From assembly GCA_002269645.1 (NCBI GenBank), contig NIVC01002089.1:1-64000 (forward strand): 64,000 nt of DNA. Direction: 5' to 3'. A program made the translations under genes and the position numbers. The notes beneath the pieces were generated by a model. It ran no database searches. It was not told where the DNA came from and worked only from the letters and a program-made list of their open reading frames with translations. Positions 1 through 11,343 of the stretch are shown here, piece after piece; the stretch's first letter is position 1, and every line of letters begins with the position of its first letter. This stretch comes from Macrostomum lignano. Lineage: Eukaryota.

Positions 1-483
1 TACATTAGAAAAACTTTCTTTGTTTATGCCAATAGATGGCTCACGACTAATCTAGATATCAGTAGGCTAAGCCTAATATGTAGATACCTGCATTGTGCTA
101 TCTGCACTAAAAATTAGAGTCAATATATTTCTGTTTTGTGTGGGAAGATTTTCTATAAAATGATAAAATAACATTATCCTCATAGTGTGGATTAGAGCTA
201 GAGGTAAGTTAGGGCCTATTGACATTTTCCTAACTAAGATTAAGAAAAGATGCCTACCTAGAGTTGTAGTCTAGCATGTCTAGACTTTACTATAAATAGC
301 TAAGTAGATAAGCCTAGGTAAGCCTAGGTAAGAATAAGATAAAAGGAATTTAAGCTAATTCAATTTGATATTAATATTAATAACCTCTTTAAATGTTCTA
401 TAGAGCCAATTTTCAATGCAATATAAACCCATGTTAAATGTTAATATTTTTCAAATTTGAAATCAGTGCATAACCTAAATTTA

Positions 484-1251
484 TGTACTAGTGTTATGCC
501 TTTATCATAGTATACTCGAATGTTCTTTCAATGTAATAACTGTATATTCGAATCTTTCTTAGAAACTGAATCTACGCGAACGCCAAATAATAGTTTGTTT
601 TAATGCGCGAAATAAATTGGAGAATTATTTTTTTGTTTTAATCGTATGTGGGGAAAATCACTATATATAGGAGCGGTTTTGCGACAAATATACTCTAACT
701 GTCTTTTACTCGTGAGCAAATAATTGCGAACAGAATAAGCAGTTCAATCTAAACCATTTCAAAGTCTTTGAGCTAAATAGCGACTTATTTATTTGCAAAA
801 CCTGTGAAACGATTCTAAGAAATTTGCTAAGAGAAGGGAATTGGGACTAATTCTTGGAGATATACCAAGAGAGGCGCCGTGACCCTCTAGTCTCGGTGAA
901 CGCCCGATTAGGACTATACACTAATACATATACCAGTACTAGACCGCTCAGGCCATAAGCTACTAGAACGCTACCAGAAAGCAAGCCATAAGCTACCAGA
1001 AACGCTACTAAGAACGCTACCAGAAACGCTACTAAGAACGCTACCCAGAAATATTTAAATGAAATTCTAAGAAATAGTTAGGGAGTAAAAGCAAGTATAA
1101 TCAGGATAACTGTAGTTGGCAAATCGGTGGGATTAAAATTGATAAAGTAAGAGGTGAAAGGCCTGTAACAACTTTGGTGGCAGCTCGTAGGATATTTAAT
1201 AAACACTAATAGTTAGAAGTTTAGAAAGACAGAGCCAAAAGGCCTGTCACA
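484..1251 (+). repeat. 5' LTR (768 bp)
   Basis: Matches 8413-9183 except about 3 substitutions and 3 small indels by eye; TATA-like CTATATATAG near 660; AATAAA at 1198-1203; internal GCTACCAGAA/GCTACTAAGAAC repeats at ~955-1050. Confidence 0.95.
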
Positions 1252-1253
1252 GC

Positions 1254-1264
1254 TGGTGGCAGCG
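1254..1264 (+). promoter_or_regulatory. Primer binding site, tRNA-Leu (AAG/TAG type)
   Basis: TGGTGGCAGCG, 2 nt after the LTR end; complementary to the ...CGCTGCCA-CCA 3' end of metazoan tRNA-Leu(AAG/TAG), recalled from known tRNA sequences. Confidence 0.85.
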
Positions 1265-1352
1265 ATAAGGATTAGAGAAACGGCGCGAACTCTTAAAACT
1301 AGATTCAGAAGAATTCCGAAGAATAATTTGAAAAGTTTTTCGTAGAGAGAAG

Positions 1353-2357
1353 ATGAATCAGAATCAGGCTAATGACGCCATCGCCATGCTGGCAGAAGAA
1401 TTGCGAAACCGACTAGAGATAGGGCCGATGAGACACGTTAAGATTCAGAAATTCACACCTACGCAAGACATTCGGATCTGGCTAACAGCCTTCGATCAGC
1501 GCTGTGAAGTAGAAGGGATAGATGAGGAACATAGGAAGCAGGAATTGCTAGCTAATCTGGACCTGTCCACTGCATTCGCAGCGGTACAGCGCCTAAATCT
1601 GCCCGAGGATCTTGAATACGAAGAGTTCAAAGAGCGACTGATTGAGCGATTCGGAAGAATCGGTAGTTCCGCAGAATTCAGAGAGGAGTTTCGTGGAAGA
1701 ATGCAAGGCAGAAATGAGCCTGTAGAGACTTTCGCAGACTGTTTGATCGAGCTGGCATCGCGTGCATTTCCGAATATGACGGTTGAGCAAAGGGAAGAAG
1801 AAATTGTTGAGCAATTCATCAAGGGAATCAGAATTCCGTCAGAGACCCGTGAGAAGCTAATCTTTGCGCAGCCAGGCAATTTACAAGAGGCTAGAAGAAT
1901 GCTAAGAAGGATGGAGGCTGCGTGGAACATGTCTCACAAGAATGTCAACATGAGAATGGCCAAAGGCGAAGGCGAGAGTGAGCAGAAGGCAGATCAGGAG
2001 AAGCTTGAGGACATCATCAAGAAGCAGAGAGCAGAGTTAGAGCAACAGAAGAAGGCGATTGAGGAGCTGATGGAAGAGAAGAGAGCTAGCCGTCAGCAGT
2101 ATCATCCGCAGAATCAATATCAAACGTACGCTCAGGTCGCTGGACCGCCGCAGCAGCCGAGATATCGGCCGCAGCAGCAGCAGCAGCAGCAGCCAGTATG
2201 GCGCGGTCAGCCTCAGTTCAACAGGCAGCCACAGCAACAGCAGCAGCCTCGAGCCTGCTACAATTGCGGGAAGCTTGGCCACATGGCGAGGAATTGCCAG
2301 AGCGCTAGGCCAAACGGTCAGCGAGTGATGAACTACCAGAAGCAGCAGGGAAACTGA
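1353..2357 (+). CDS. gag: Gag (334 aa) with CCHC zinc knuckle
   Basis: Intact ORF after the PBS; CYNCGKLGHMARNC knuckle; retrotransposon gag-like helical N-terminus. Confidence 0.93.
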   Translation: MNQNQANDAIAMLAEELRNRLEIGPMRHVKIQKFTPTQDIRIWLTAFDQRCEVEGIDEEHRKQELLANLDLSTAFAAVQRLNLPEDLEYEEFKERLIERFGRIGSSAEFREEFRGRMQGRNEPVETFADCLIELASRAFPNMTVEQREEEIVEQFIKGIRIPSETREKLIFAQPGNLQEARRMLRRMEAAWNMSHKNVNMRMAKGEGESEQKADQEKLEDIIKKQRAELEQQKKAIEELMEEKRASRQQYHPQNQYQTYAQVAGPPQQPRYRPQQQQQQQPVWRGQPQFNRQPQQQQQPRACYNCGKLGHMARNCQSARPNGQRVMNYQKQQGN

Positions 2358-2392
2358 GTAGCGAGGGCCGCTTTGCGAGGCCACGTCCCTCT
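2348..2392 (+). promoter_or_regulatory. -1 ribosomal frameshift signal (G GGA AAC + hairpin)
   Basis: Slippery heptamer GGGAAAC (2348-2354) in gag phase, directly before the gag TGA; followed by a GC-rich stem (GAGGG...CCCTC enclosing GGCC-GC-TTT-GC-GA-GGCC); the -1 frame stays open for about 110 codons. Confidence 0.8.
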
Positions 2393-5300
2393 AGCAACAA
2401 TTATCGCGAATTTCAGGCCTCTGAATTTGTAAATAATGCGTATCGAAGTAATGCCAGACAGTATAGTAACAGCAGAACGCATGCCGAATTCAATAAATTT
2501 CACAGAAAACCAAATAAAAATTTTGCACCTCGTGTACATACGCCGCTTGCACCTAGTCATGCGTCTGCCAGCCACAGTAGGCCGAATAATAAAGTACAAA
2601 GTACAGTAATTCCGAATGAGCATTCGAAGAAGAATTCGAAGAAGATACGGAGAGAAAAGGACGAGAAGCAGTCGTCAATGGAATGCTAAGAAACCGAAAG
2701 GTCTACTTCCTGCTAGACACAGGAGCTGGACATAATTTCCTAAGCAAGAGTACTTGGAAAAAGATGTTCAGAAGTGATGAAATTGAGTTGACTACTAGAA
2801 GAGTGACTACGTTTGACGGATCAAGTGTGCGAATTGAAGGAGAAGTCAGAACGAAAATACGATTCGGAGAGATAGAGATTGAGACAGAGTTCCTGCTGTG
2901 CAATCACGAGTGTGACGACATACTCGGGATGGAGTTCTTCATGAACTTCTGCGACAGCATCAGCCTTTCCAGAGGAATGCTTGTATTAAAAGAAGGACCT
3001 GCATCCCAATTCAGTTTACAAAATTACCCGTACGGGTTTGCCGAATCTACAGCCATAACAGCGTGACTATACCAGCGAATAGCGCTCTTCGAATTCCAAT
3101 TAGAATGACTAAAGGATCAGAAGCTAACTATGGAACGCCAATGGTCATTGACACCATTGGAGGCCAAGTGACTACGAAGAAAATTCCTTAGAGATGATTC
3201 CTACTCTAGTGACCATGAACGATGGAACAGGAGTAGTGGAAATAATCAATCGACAGAATGACGATATCAGACTGACAAGATCTACGCTGATTGGAGTGGC
3301 CAAACCCTTGAAGCCAGGAGGCCTGGCCTACTCTATTAACAGCAAAGGTCAAGCCAGTTCAGATGATGCAATTAGGACAGTGAAGAGTGAAGAGAGTGAG
3401 TACAGCTGGATAAACGAGATCGATTTAGGAGAAGAGCTAACATCAGAACAGAAAGGACTAGTGATCGATTTGCTAAAGAAGAACAAGGAAGCATTTTCGC
3501 AGACCAACCAAGACATGGGTCTCACCCATCTTGTGACTCATGAAATATCTCTAAAAGATACCACACCGGTCAGGATTCCAACACGCAGAATTCCACCACA
3601 TCTGCAAAAGCAAGTAGATGAGCAACTTGACGACATGCTTGCTAAGAACCTGATCCGACCGTGCTATAGTACTTATTCGACGCCGCTAGTGATAGTTCCT
3701 AAGAAGGATGGATCCATAAGAATCGTCAGTGACTTCAGGGTCCTGAACTCGAGAGTGAACTATTACCCATATCCATTGCCGAACATACAAGAGACTTTCG
3801 CTCAGTTATCTGGAAGCAAGTACTTCAGTAGTCTAGATTTAAACTCTGGATACTGGCAGGTACCTATCAAAGAGAGCACAAATTTATGACAGCCTTTTCC
3901 ACCCTTACCAGAGGCCAGTTCGAATATCAGGTCATGGCACAGGGCTTGTCTAACGCTCCTGGTACATTCCAGAGACTCATGAATTTGGTGCTGATGGGAA
4001 TACAGCACAAATTCGCAATGTCGTACATAGATGATATTGTGACATACTCAGAGAAATTCGAAGATCATCTCGGTCATCTGCAAGAAGTATTTCAAAGACT
4101 AATCTCAGCAGGACTAAAATTAAGACCAAAAAAGTGCAACTTGTTTCAGAAAGAGCTAAAGTACTTAGGGCATATCGTAGGAAGAGAAGGGATTAGAACA
4201 GACCCAGCTAAGATCGAAGCGATACAGTCATGGCCTACGCCGAAAGAGGTCAAAGAACTGCGAAGCTTCTTGGGGTTGTGTAACTACTACTGCAGATTTG
4301 TAAAGAATTACGCAGAGGCAGCGCATCCGCTATTTCAATTAACTAAGAAAGGTATTCAAAACTTTAGGGAAAAGTGGACCAAGAAGCATGACGAGGCTTT
4401 CCAGCAGTTGAAGCAGAGAATGACATCGACCGAAGTACTCGCGTACCCAGAATTCTCAGAGAACGAAAATGTTCGAATGGTATTAGACACCGACGCAAGC
4501 GAAGACCGAATTGGTGCTTGCCTGGGTCAAATACAATCGGACGGGGTTGAAAGACCCATTGCTTACTTCAGCAGAGCAATGAAAGAGTCTGAGAAAAGAT
4601 ATCCGATTACCAGAAAAGAGCTATTAGCGCTAGTAGATGGCATGAAACACTTCCGATTTTACCTAATTGGCAAAAGGTTTCTGGCCCGCACAGACCACAA
4701 GGCAATTCTATGGTTACTGCGCCAGACCGAAGCCCAAGGAATTCTCGGAAGATGGATTGAAAGACTGAGTGAGTTTCAATACGATATTGAGCACCGCAGT
4801 GGAGCCAAACATTCCAACGCAGATGGATTGTCACGGCGACCCTCGGAACCACCAGTTGAACAGAAAGATGCTAAGATCAAAGAGAATGAGGCCGAAATTC
4901 CTAAGATGACAATAGAAACCAGCGCTGTGAAACAAGTCGTGACTAACAGCGTGAAAGATCAGAGTTGCCAGACCGACTTCACAGAAGAGTATGAATCAGA
5001 TTCCGAAGACGAATTCGCAGATGATGAATACGAGATGCCAGTGATCAGTTCGAAGATGATGATGACATCTATGAAGATGCAAGAGACTATTTCGAAGAGG
5101 AAGAGACAGTGTGCAGAAAGCTTCTGACAGATTACCTCTCGTTCCATTGAAGAAAGAGCAGCTGACTTCAGCGCAGCATGCTGATCCTTCTATAAGAACC
5201 TTGATGGACTGGAAGCAGAAGAAAGTGCGTGAGCCGAAGTTGCCAGAAAATGCATCCGGAGAGTTGAAGAAGATGGTTAAGTTCTACGAGCAGATGAAAA

Positions 5301-6844
5301 TCGAAGATGAAATGCTGACAGTCAGTGAAGACGGTAAACGAAAAGTAGTATTGCCAGAGAGGATTGAGAAAGATGTATTCAAAGAGCTGCATGACAGTCC
5401 GCTAGCAGGCCACCTAGGTCGGGACAAGACGCTACAGCGAGTCCGAGACCGATTCTGGAGGCCGGGGTTAGTGACTGCAGTTGAAAAGTACATCGCAGAA
5501 TGCATCCCGTGTCTGGAAAGTAAAAGCGGAAATAAAGTACGAGCACCGGTGCAGACCTTTCCGATATGTGAGCCATTCCATCGGCTGCACATAGATTTGA
5601 TCGGTCCAATATCAAAGGAAAGCAGAAGAGGACACCGATATGTACTTACTGTCGTAGATAGTACAACAAAGTTCCCATTCGCTTTTCCGGTTCGGAATCA
5701 GAAATCCGCGACTGTTATCAAAACGATACAAGAGAGAATTTTCAGCGAGTATGGCCAGTGTCAATGGATACACACTGATAATGGCAAGACTTTTGTAAGT
5801 CACCAATTTCAGGCATTCTGTACCCTATACGGCATTAAGCATACTTGCACTACGCCTTACCATGCTCAGAGTAACGGGCTTGTCGAAAGATTTAACAAGC
5901 AAATTAAATCGATTGTAACCTGTTTGATTGAAAAGGATCATTCAGATTGGGATCTGCTCATACCCGCCGCTTTGGTAGCTGTGCGAACCAGTGTTAATCA
6001 AACTACTGGGTTCACACCACACTACTTACTATTCGGGAGAGAAGCAGATTTGCCAATAGATAGCATTGTGAAAAGGCCAAGACTATACCGAGACTATCCT
6101 AGCTATGTGCTGGATCATGCGAAGAGAATCGAGGAGACAAAAGCAATTGTGCAAAGACAACTCGAAAAGGTGCGAGAGAAAAGGCAAGAGGACGAAGTTG
6201 AGAATCGTCAGCCTAAAAATGTGCCAGTTGGCTGTCTCGCTCTCATCAACAACCCTCAACTTCACCAAGAGGAGAGCCACAAATTTCATCGAAAGAAAAG
6301 AGCAGCCTATCGAGTTCTTGCGAAGATATCTGATACAGTTTTCCGTGTGCAAAGAGAAATCAATGGCGAAAGGAGCGGAGAAAAACTATTAGTACATAGA
6401 AATAATCTGACTCCAGTGCCGAAATCCGAAATTAATTTACCAGAGGAAATTAATAATAATTTAAAACCAGCACCAGTGCCAACTAAGAAGAAAGAACAGC
6501 CGAAGCCGAAGAAAAGAATTTGCCATAGACAAAAAGAAGTTAGAATTCCAGAAGTTCAAATTTTAGAGGAGGAAAGCTCAGACGAAGAAAACAGAATTCA
6601 ATGGAGAGTATTCGCAGATCCGAATTCGCAGAGTGAAAACGAAGGAAATGAAGAATTGAACAGTGAGAATACAGAGAGAGCGACTGACTCAGATGAGCCA
6701 TCAGAAGAAGAAGAAGGAGCATTAGAGTTAGAGGAGGAACGAGTTCAGCCAGAGAATAGGTATAACTTTAGGATGACTCAGCGAAGGAGAGAAAGAGAAG
6801 GCGCGACAGGATTTGTGCCCGAAGGCGCTACGCGAAATATTTAG
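2354..6844 (+). pseudogene. pol: Pol (protease-RT-RNase H-integrase), broken by about 5 frameshifts
   Basis: PR FLLDTGA (2683-3066); RT SLDLNSGYWQ / YIDDI (3194-3889, 3886-); RNase H LDTDAS, RTDHKAI, NADGLSR; integrase HHCC plus HIDLIG/HTDNG/NGLVER (5111-6844). Frame breaks near 2620-2690, ~3000, ~3170, ~3885 and ~5115. Confidence 0.92.
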
Positions 6845-7160
6845 CACCTTAAATCATGACGTAAGCAATTTCCCATAAGAAACAGTGTTAAATAGTTAAA
6901 ATTCCGTATTAGAATTACTTATCTGCTTATAAAATTTGACATGCTGTACATAGAGCGAATCTGTAAATACCATATTAATCTACAAAATGCGATCTTTAAT
7001 TTGATACTTTACCAAGAAAATCTATCAAAAAATAAAAAAGTTATAAAAAGAAATAGAAAATCCATAAAAATTTAGTTGTCAAATCTGTCAAATCTGGCAT
7101 GCCCCGCCCCACGCGCGAGGGGAGTGCTTCGAAGAGGTCCAGTTTTTCGGCCCGCCAGCC

Positions 7161-7168
7161 TATAAATA
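7161..7168 (+). promoter_or_regulatory. Putative internal TATA box for ORF3
   Basis: TATAAATA in GC-rich context, about 90 nt upstream of the ORF3 ATG, which has an invertebrate-type CAAAATG context. Confidence 0.5.
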
Positions 7169-7251
7169 CGAGCACCCTGCAGGCCCCACAGATCCCATAG
7201 CTCACTGCTAGCTTCCTTTCTATTCTAAGAGCCATTCGCAGAGAAATCAAA

Positions 7252-7932
7252 ATGAACAACTCTATTGACATCTTGGACGAGTTAATTGGCAATCTGTCAG
7301 ACGATATGGAGCCCCAGCCAGCGCCCAACACCGACGAAAATGAGGCACCGCTTCGATGTGCAACACGTCCAAAGGCGCCTGGTGTATCCAGCAAACGGCC
7401 AAGAACATCATCGCCAGCTTCATCGCCTTGCCGCCAAATGAGGGTCGAAGGCCCCGAGCAGAAGCGCGCCGCCCTGGTGGCAGCACAGGCAGCTGCGCCC
7501 GTGCGCTCCTATGTTGTCAAGGCCACGCCAGGATCGTCGACATCAAGCCGAACGCAGCAGTTGGTGTCACCGCCAGCTGCCCCATCATCGAGAAAGACCC
7601 CGGCACCACGGCAGAAGAAATCGACAGCTGCGACACCGCCAGCTCAGCAGCCAGCGTCGCAGCCGAGCCTGCAATCAGCGCAGCAGTCAGCGCTGCAGCC
7701 GAGCCTGCAATCAGCGCAGCAGTCTAGCCAGCCATCAGCACTACAGCCGAGCCAGCAGCAATCGAATTCGCAGAGAGATTTTCATCGCATCGTCCGAGAA
7801 CTTGTGGAGACTCGCGGAGCAGAGGTGGAAAAGCTACGCTTCCACATTGAGCAATACGCACTGAAAGTAGCGTACCACCGATCCGACAGCCGACAGCGCT
7901 ACCCCAATGCTCGCAAATTTGGACACACCTGA
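7252..7932 (+). CDS. Accessory ORF3 of the Gypsy element (226 aa, unknown function, not env-like)
   Basis: Intact ORF between integrase and PPT; acidic N-terminus, P/Q/S/A-rich middle with a short internal duplication, predicted helical C-terminus; no signal peptide or TM segment visible. Confidence 0.6.
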   Translation: MNNSIDILDELIGNLSDDMEPQPAPNTDENEAPLRCATRPKAPGVSSKRPRTSSPASSPCRQMRVEGPEQKRAALVAAQAAAPVRSYVVKATPGSSTSSRTQQLVSPPAAPSSRKTPAPRQKKSTAATPPAQQPASQPSLQSAQQSALQPSLQSAQQSSQPSALQPSQQQSNSQRDFHRIVRELVETRGAEVEKLRFHIEQYALKVAYHRSDSRQRYPNARKFGHT

Positions 7933-8412
7933 AGTTTCTAAGGGATCAATTCAGTTACCAGGAAGCTGTCGCTGTTCTCCAGGACGTCGCCTATCGCCTC
8001 CAGCGAGCTATAAGAGCCAACCCGCCGCCAGCGCTGACGGTCCTCGACGAAGAGTACCGATGGTTTTTCGCTCAAGTCGGCTGGCCCTACTATCGCGACC
8101 TCCCGGAGCCCTGCATGTTTATCTGAACTATTGAGGTGAACTAACTTTTGCGTTGCCTTTAATAACAATTTTGCCTTTTATAATACTTTCATAATAGTTC
8201 GTTTTGCTTCCATAATAGTTCTCACTTTAATGGTTTACCTACATAATAGTTCTATCACAACCATTTTATGCACCAATTGTTTTAGCACTGAATTGTGTTT
8301 TCTGCACCTTGCTTTGCACCTTTTCACCTGCATTTTCCTACGATATCAATTTTTCACTGTATACATATAATATAGTATTTCGTTCAAAATTTGATATATA
8401 GAGGAGGAAAGT

Positions 8413-9183
8413 TGTACTAGTGTTATGCCTTTATCATAGTATACTCGAATGTTCTTTCAATGTAATAACTGTATATTCGAATCTTTCTTAGAAACTGAAT
8501 CTACGCGAACGCCAAATAATAGTTTGTTTTAATGCGCGAAATAAATTGGAGAATTATTTTTTGTTTTAATCGTATGTGGGGAAAATCACTATATATAGGA
8601 GCGGTTTTGCGACAAATATACTCTAACTGTCTTTTACTCGTGAGCAAATAATTGCGAACAGAATAAGCAGTTCAATCTAAACCATTTCAAAGTCTTTGAG
8701 CTAAATAGCGACTTATTTATTTGCAAAACCTGTGAAACGATTCTAAGAAATTTGCTAAGAGAAGGGAATTGGGACTAATTCTTGGAGATATACCAAGAGA
8801 GGCGCCGTGACCCTCTAGTCTCGGTGAACGCCCGATTAGGACTATACACTAATACATATACCAGTACTAGACCGCTCAGGCCATAAGCTACTAGAACGCT
8901 ACCAGAAAGCAAGCCATAAGCTACCAGAAACGCTACTAAGAACGCTACCAGAAACGCTACTAAGAACGCTACCCAGAAATATTTAAATGAAGTTCTAAGA
9001 AATAGTTAGGGAGTAAAAGCAAGTATAATCAGGATAACTGTAGTTGGCAAATCGGTGGGATTAAAATTGATAAAGTAAGAGGTGAAAGGCCTGTAACAAC
9101 TTTGGTAGCAGCTCGTAGGATATTTAATAAACACTAATAATAGTTAGAAGTTTAGAAAGACAGAGCCAAAAAGACCTGTCACA
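8413..9183 (+). repeat. 3' LTR (771 bp)
   Basis: Preceded by purine tract AGAGGAGGAAAG; ends CCTGTCACA, followed by TSD TTTA. Confidence 0.95.
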
Positions 9184-9895
9184 TTTATAGTATAATAAAA
9201 GTTTTTTAATTCTTGGCATGGCCTAACCTGCTAACCATTAGTCTAGGCTTATGTTGTTATCAATTTTTTATTCAGCTTTAGTTTAATTAATAAGGCCAAG
9301 AAATCAAAATAATTGTCTATTAGACTAGGCCTATTAAATTTAAATAGTTTTTGGCTTTAAATCAAAATTAGAAGTTTGGAAATTGGATATTGATAAATGG
9401 TTCAAAGTAAAATAATAAAAGCAAAATACAACTTGAATACCTTATATTTTGAGGCTCTATTCTCTATTCAATAAAAAATTATAACCTTATTATTTGCTCT
9501 AGGCCTATTTGCTTTAATCCATATTTTCAAAGATCATTTAAGTAGTCTACTGAGCCTTAGGAGCCACCAAAGTAGTCTGCTTAGAATCAAAGGCTATCAC
9601 TCATTAGCTAGCTAGAGCAATCTACTAAGCCTTAGAAGCCATTAAAATAATCTATTAAGCTCCAAGTCCATTGATATTATTAGTGCAACATATCATTTTC
9701 ATAGATATTCCAATATATTTTTCAAGTGCTATGCCTAGTGATTCAACAAATGTGAACATGTTAAATGCCTACTTAAATCTGCATGTTCAATGCCTGCTTT
9801 ATAAAGTTTTTGGGTCATTTTAAAGCATAGGCTTTTATACACGATATATAGTATACTGTATAATACACTTATACACTATATATTTATACACTATA

Positions 9896-10784
9896 TGTAA
9901 CAGGGGTTTGCTTCCCTCTTTAGCTATCCCACTGCTGGTACCAAATTGTAACAGTGGTTATTGTTCTCTCTATTTAAATCTCTACTGCTGACACCAAAGT
10001 TGTTACAAGGCTAACTTCCTACACTAATCTTTAATTGTTCTTGTTAAGTTGGTAGCTGCCACCAGGATTATTCCATTAATAAATTATGAGTTTATCAATC
10101 TTAGAATAATCCGATAAATGTTTCTTAGAATAGGTCTGAGTATTTAGTCTGAGTATTTGGTCTGAGTATTTATTCTGAGTATTTAGTCTGAGTATTATTC
10201 TTAGAAAACTGTTAGCCCTGAAAGATTTTACTCCTCTGTTATTCTGGTAGCGTTTCTGTTATTCTGGTAGCGTTCTACTTAATAATTAGGCCTAAGTGGT
10301 ATTTTGGCTTACTGGTATATGTATTTCATGTACTTTGCAAGTCCTTGGGCATTACCGAGATCAGAGGGTCACAGCCTCTGGTTATCTTACACGTATCACT
10401 TCAGATCTACTTTGTATTCTCTTACTACTCAATACTACTGCTTCTCAATAGTATGTACTATATACGCTTCAGTCAATTTCACTCTTACTTCGTAAAAGGA
10501 ATTAACACAGAAAACACTTCTTCAATTCTTATTTTCTCGGAACTCTTACTATTCGCTATCAATTACTTATTGCAGAACCGCGATGCACGAGGTTGGTCTC
10601 TCCTCCACTGAAATTGCTTCTATTTATACTAAAATTTGCTACAGTTTTAAACAAAAATTCGTTAGCGCAAAATATTATAGAAAATACAAGTATTAAAACA
10701 AAATATGTTTCTTAGTTTTTGGCGTGAATTCAAATTGACTAAATGGTGACTATTTTATAAAGAAATCGGGAGGGGCCCTGCACA
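9896..10784 (-). mobile_element. Solo LTR of a related Gypsy family (889 bp)
   Basis: On the minus strand begins TGTGCA and ends CCTGTTACA; flanked by TATA/TATA (9892-9895, 10785-10788); shares AGAACGCTACCAGAA repeats and the TGTAACAACTTTGGTG motif with the LTRs above. The TATA TSD lies in TA-rich sequence, so it is weak evidence alone. Confidence 0.8.
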
Positions 10785-11343
10785 TATACACTATGTACTA
10801 TATACACTATATACTATACACTATATATTTATACACTATATATTGCCTTGCTCATGTTTGTCTAAATGAAAAGCTTGCTTGTCTTTTTGATTTAAGACTT
10901 GCCACGCAATGCAAAATGCTTTCTGACAAGCCACACAATCACATTGAAAAAGCTCAAGGTGTCACTTCTCCAAGAAGTTTGGAGTCCTGTAGTCTATTCT
11001 CAACTGACTCTAGAATAGTTTCAGAGAGGCAAAGTCTAGCACATTTGTTATCAAACTTTGCTTTTGATAAAAACAAGAGAAAAATATGCAAAAAGTAGAA
11101 AAGAGGAGAAACTTGCATTTAGTGATCAAAAAGAAATAAATTGAAATATTTTAGGTCAGAGAGAGAATAAATTTTAATTGCATGTGAAGCAGAGCTATGT
11201 TGCACTAGCCAGGTAAAAATCAGGTTGCACATACGGTAGTGTGTCAAATAGTTCACACATTATGTCTGATGTTTGTAGTTCCTCACACATTAATGCAGTT
11301 TGTAAATTTTTCAGTTAGTGCAAGCCACTTCAATTAGTCAGCC

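Larger units (their letters stand above)
484..9183 (+). mobile_element. Full-length Ty3/Gypsy LTR retrotransposon (8.7 kb)
   Basis: Two near-identical LTRs (484-1251, 8413-9183), each TGT...ACA; 4-bp TSD TTTA (480-483, 9184-9187); PBS after the 5' LTR; purine tract before the 3' LTR; domain order gag-PR-RT-RH-IN. Confidence 0.97.

Noticed and set aside
7252-7932. ORF3 as an envelope gene
   Set aside because: No signal peptide, furin/fusion motif or transmembrane anchor.
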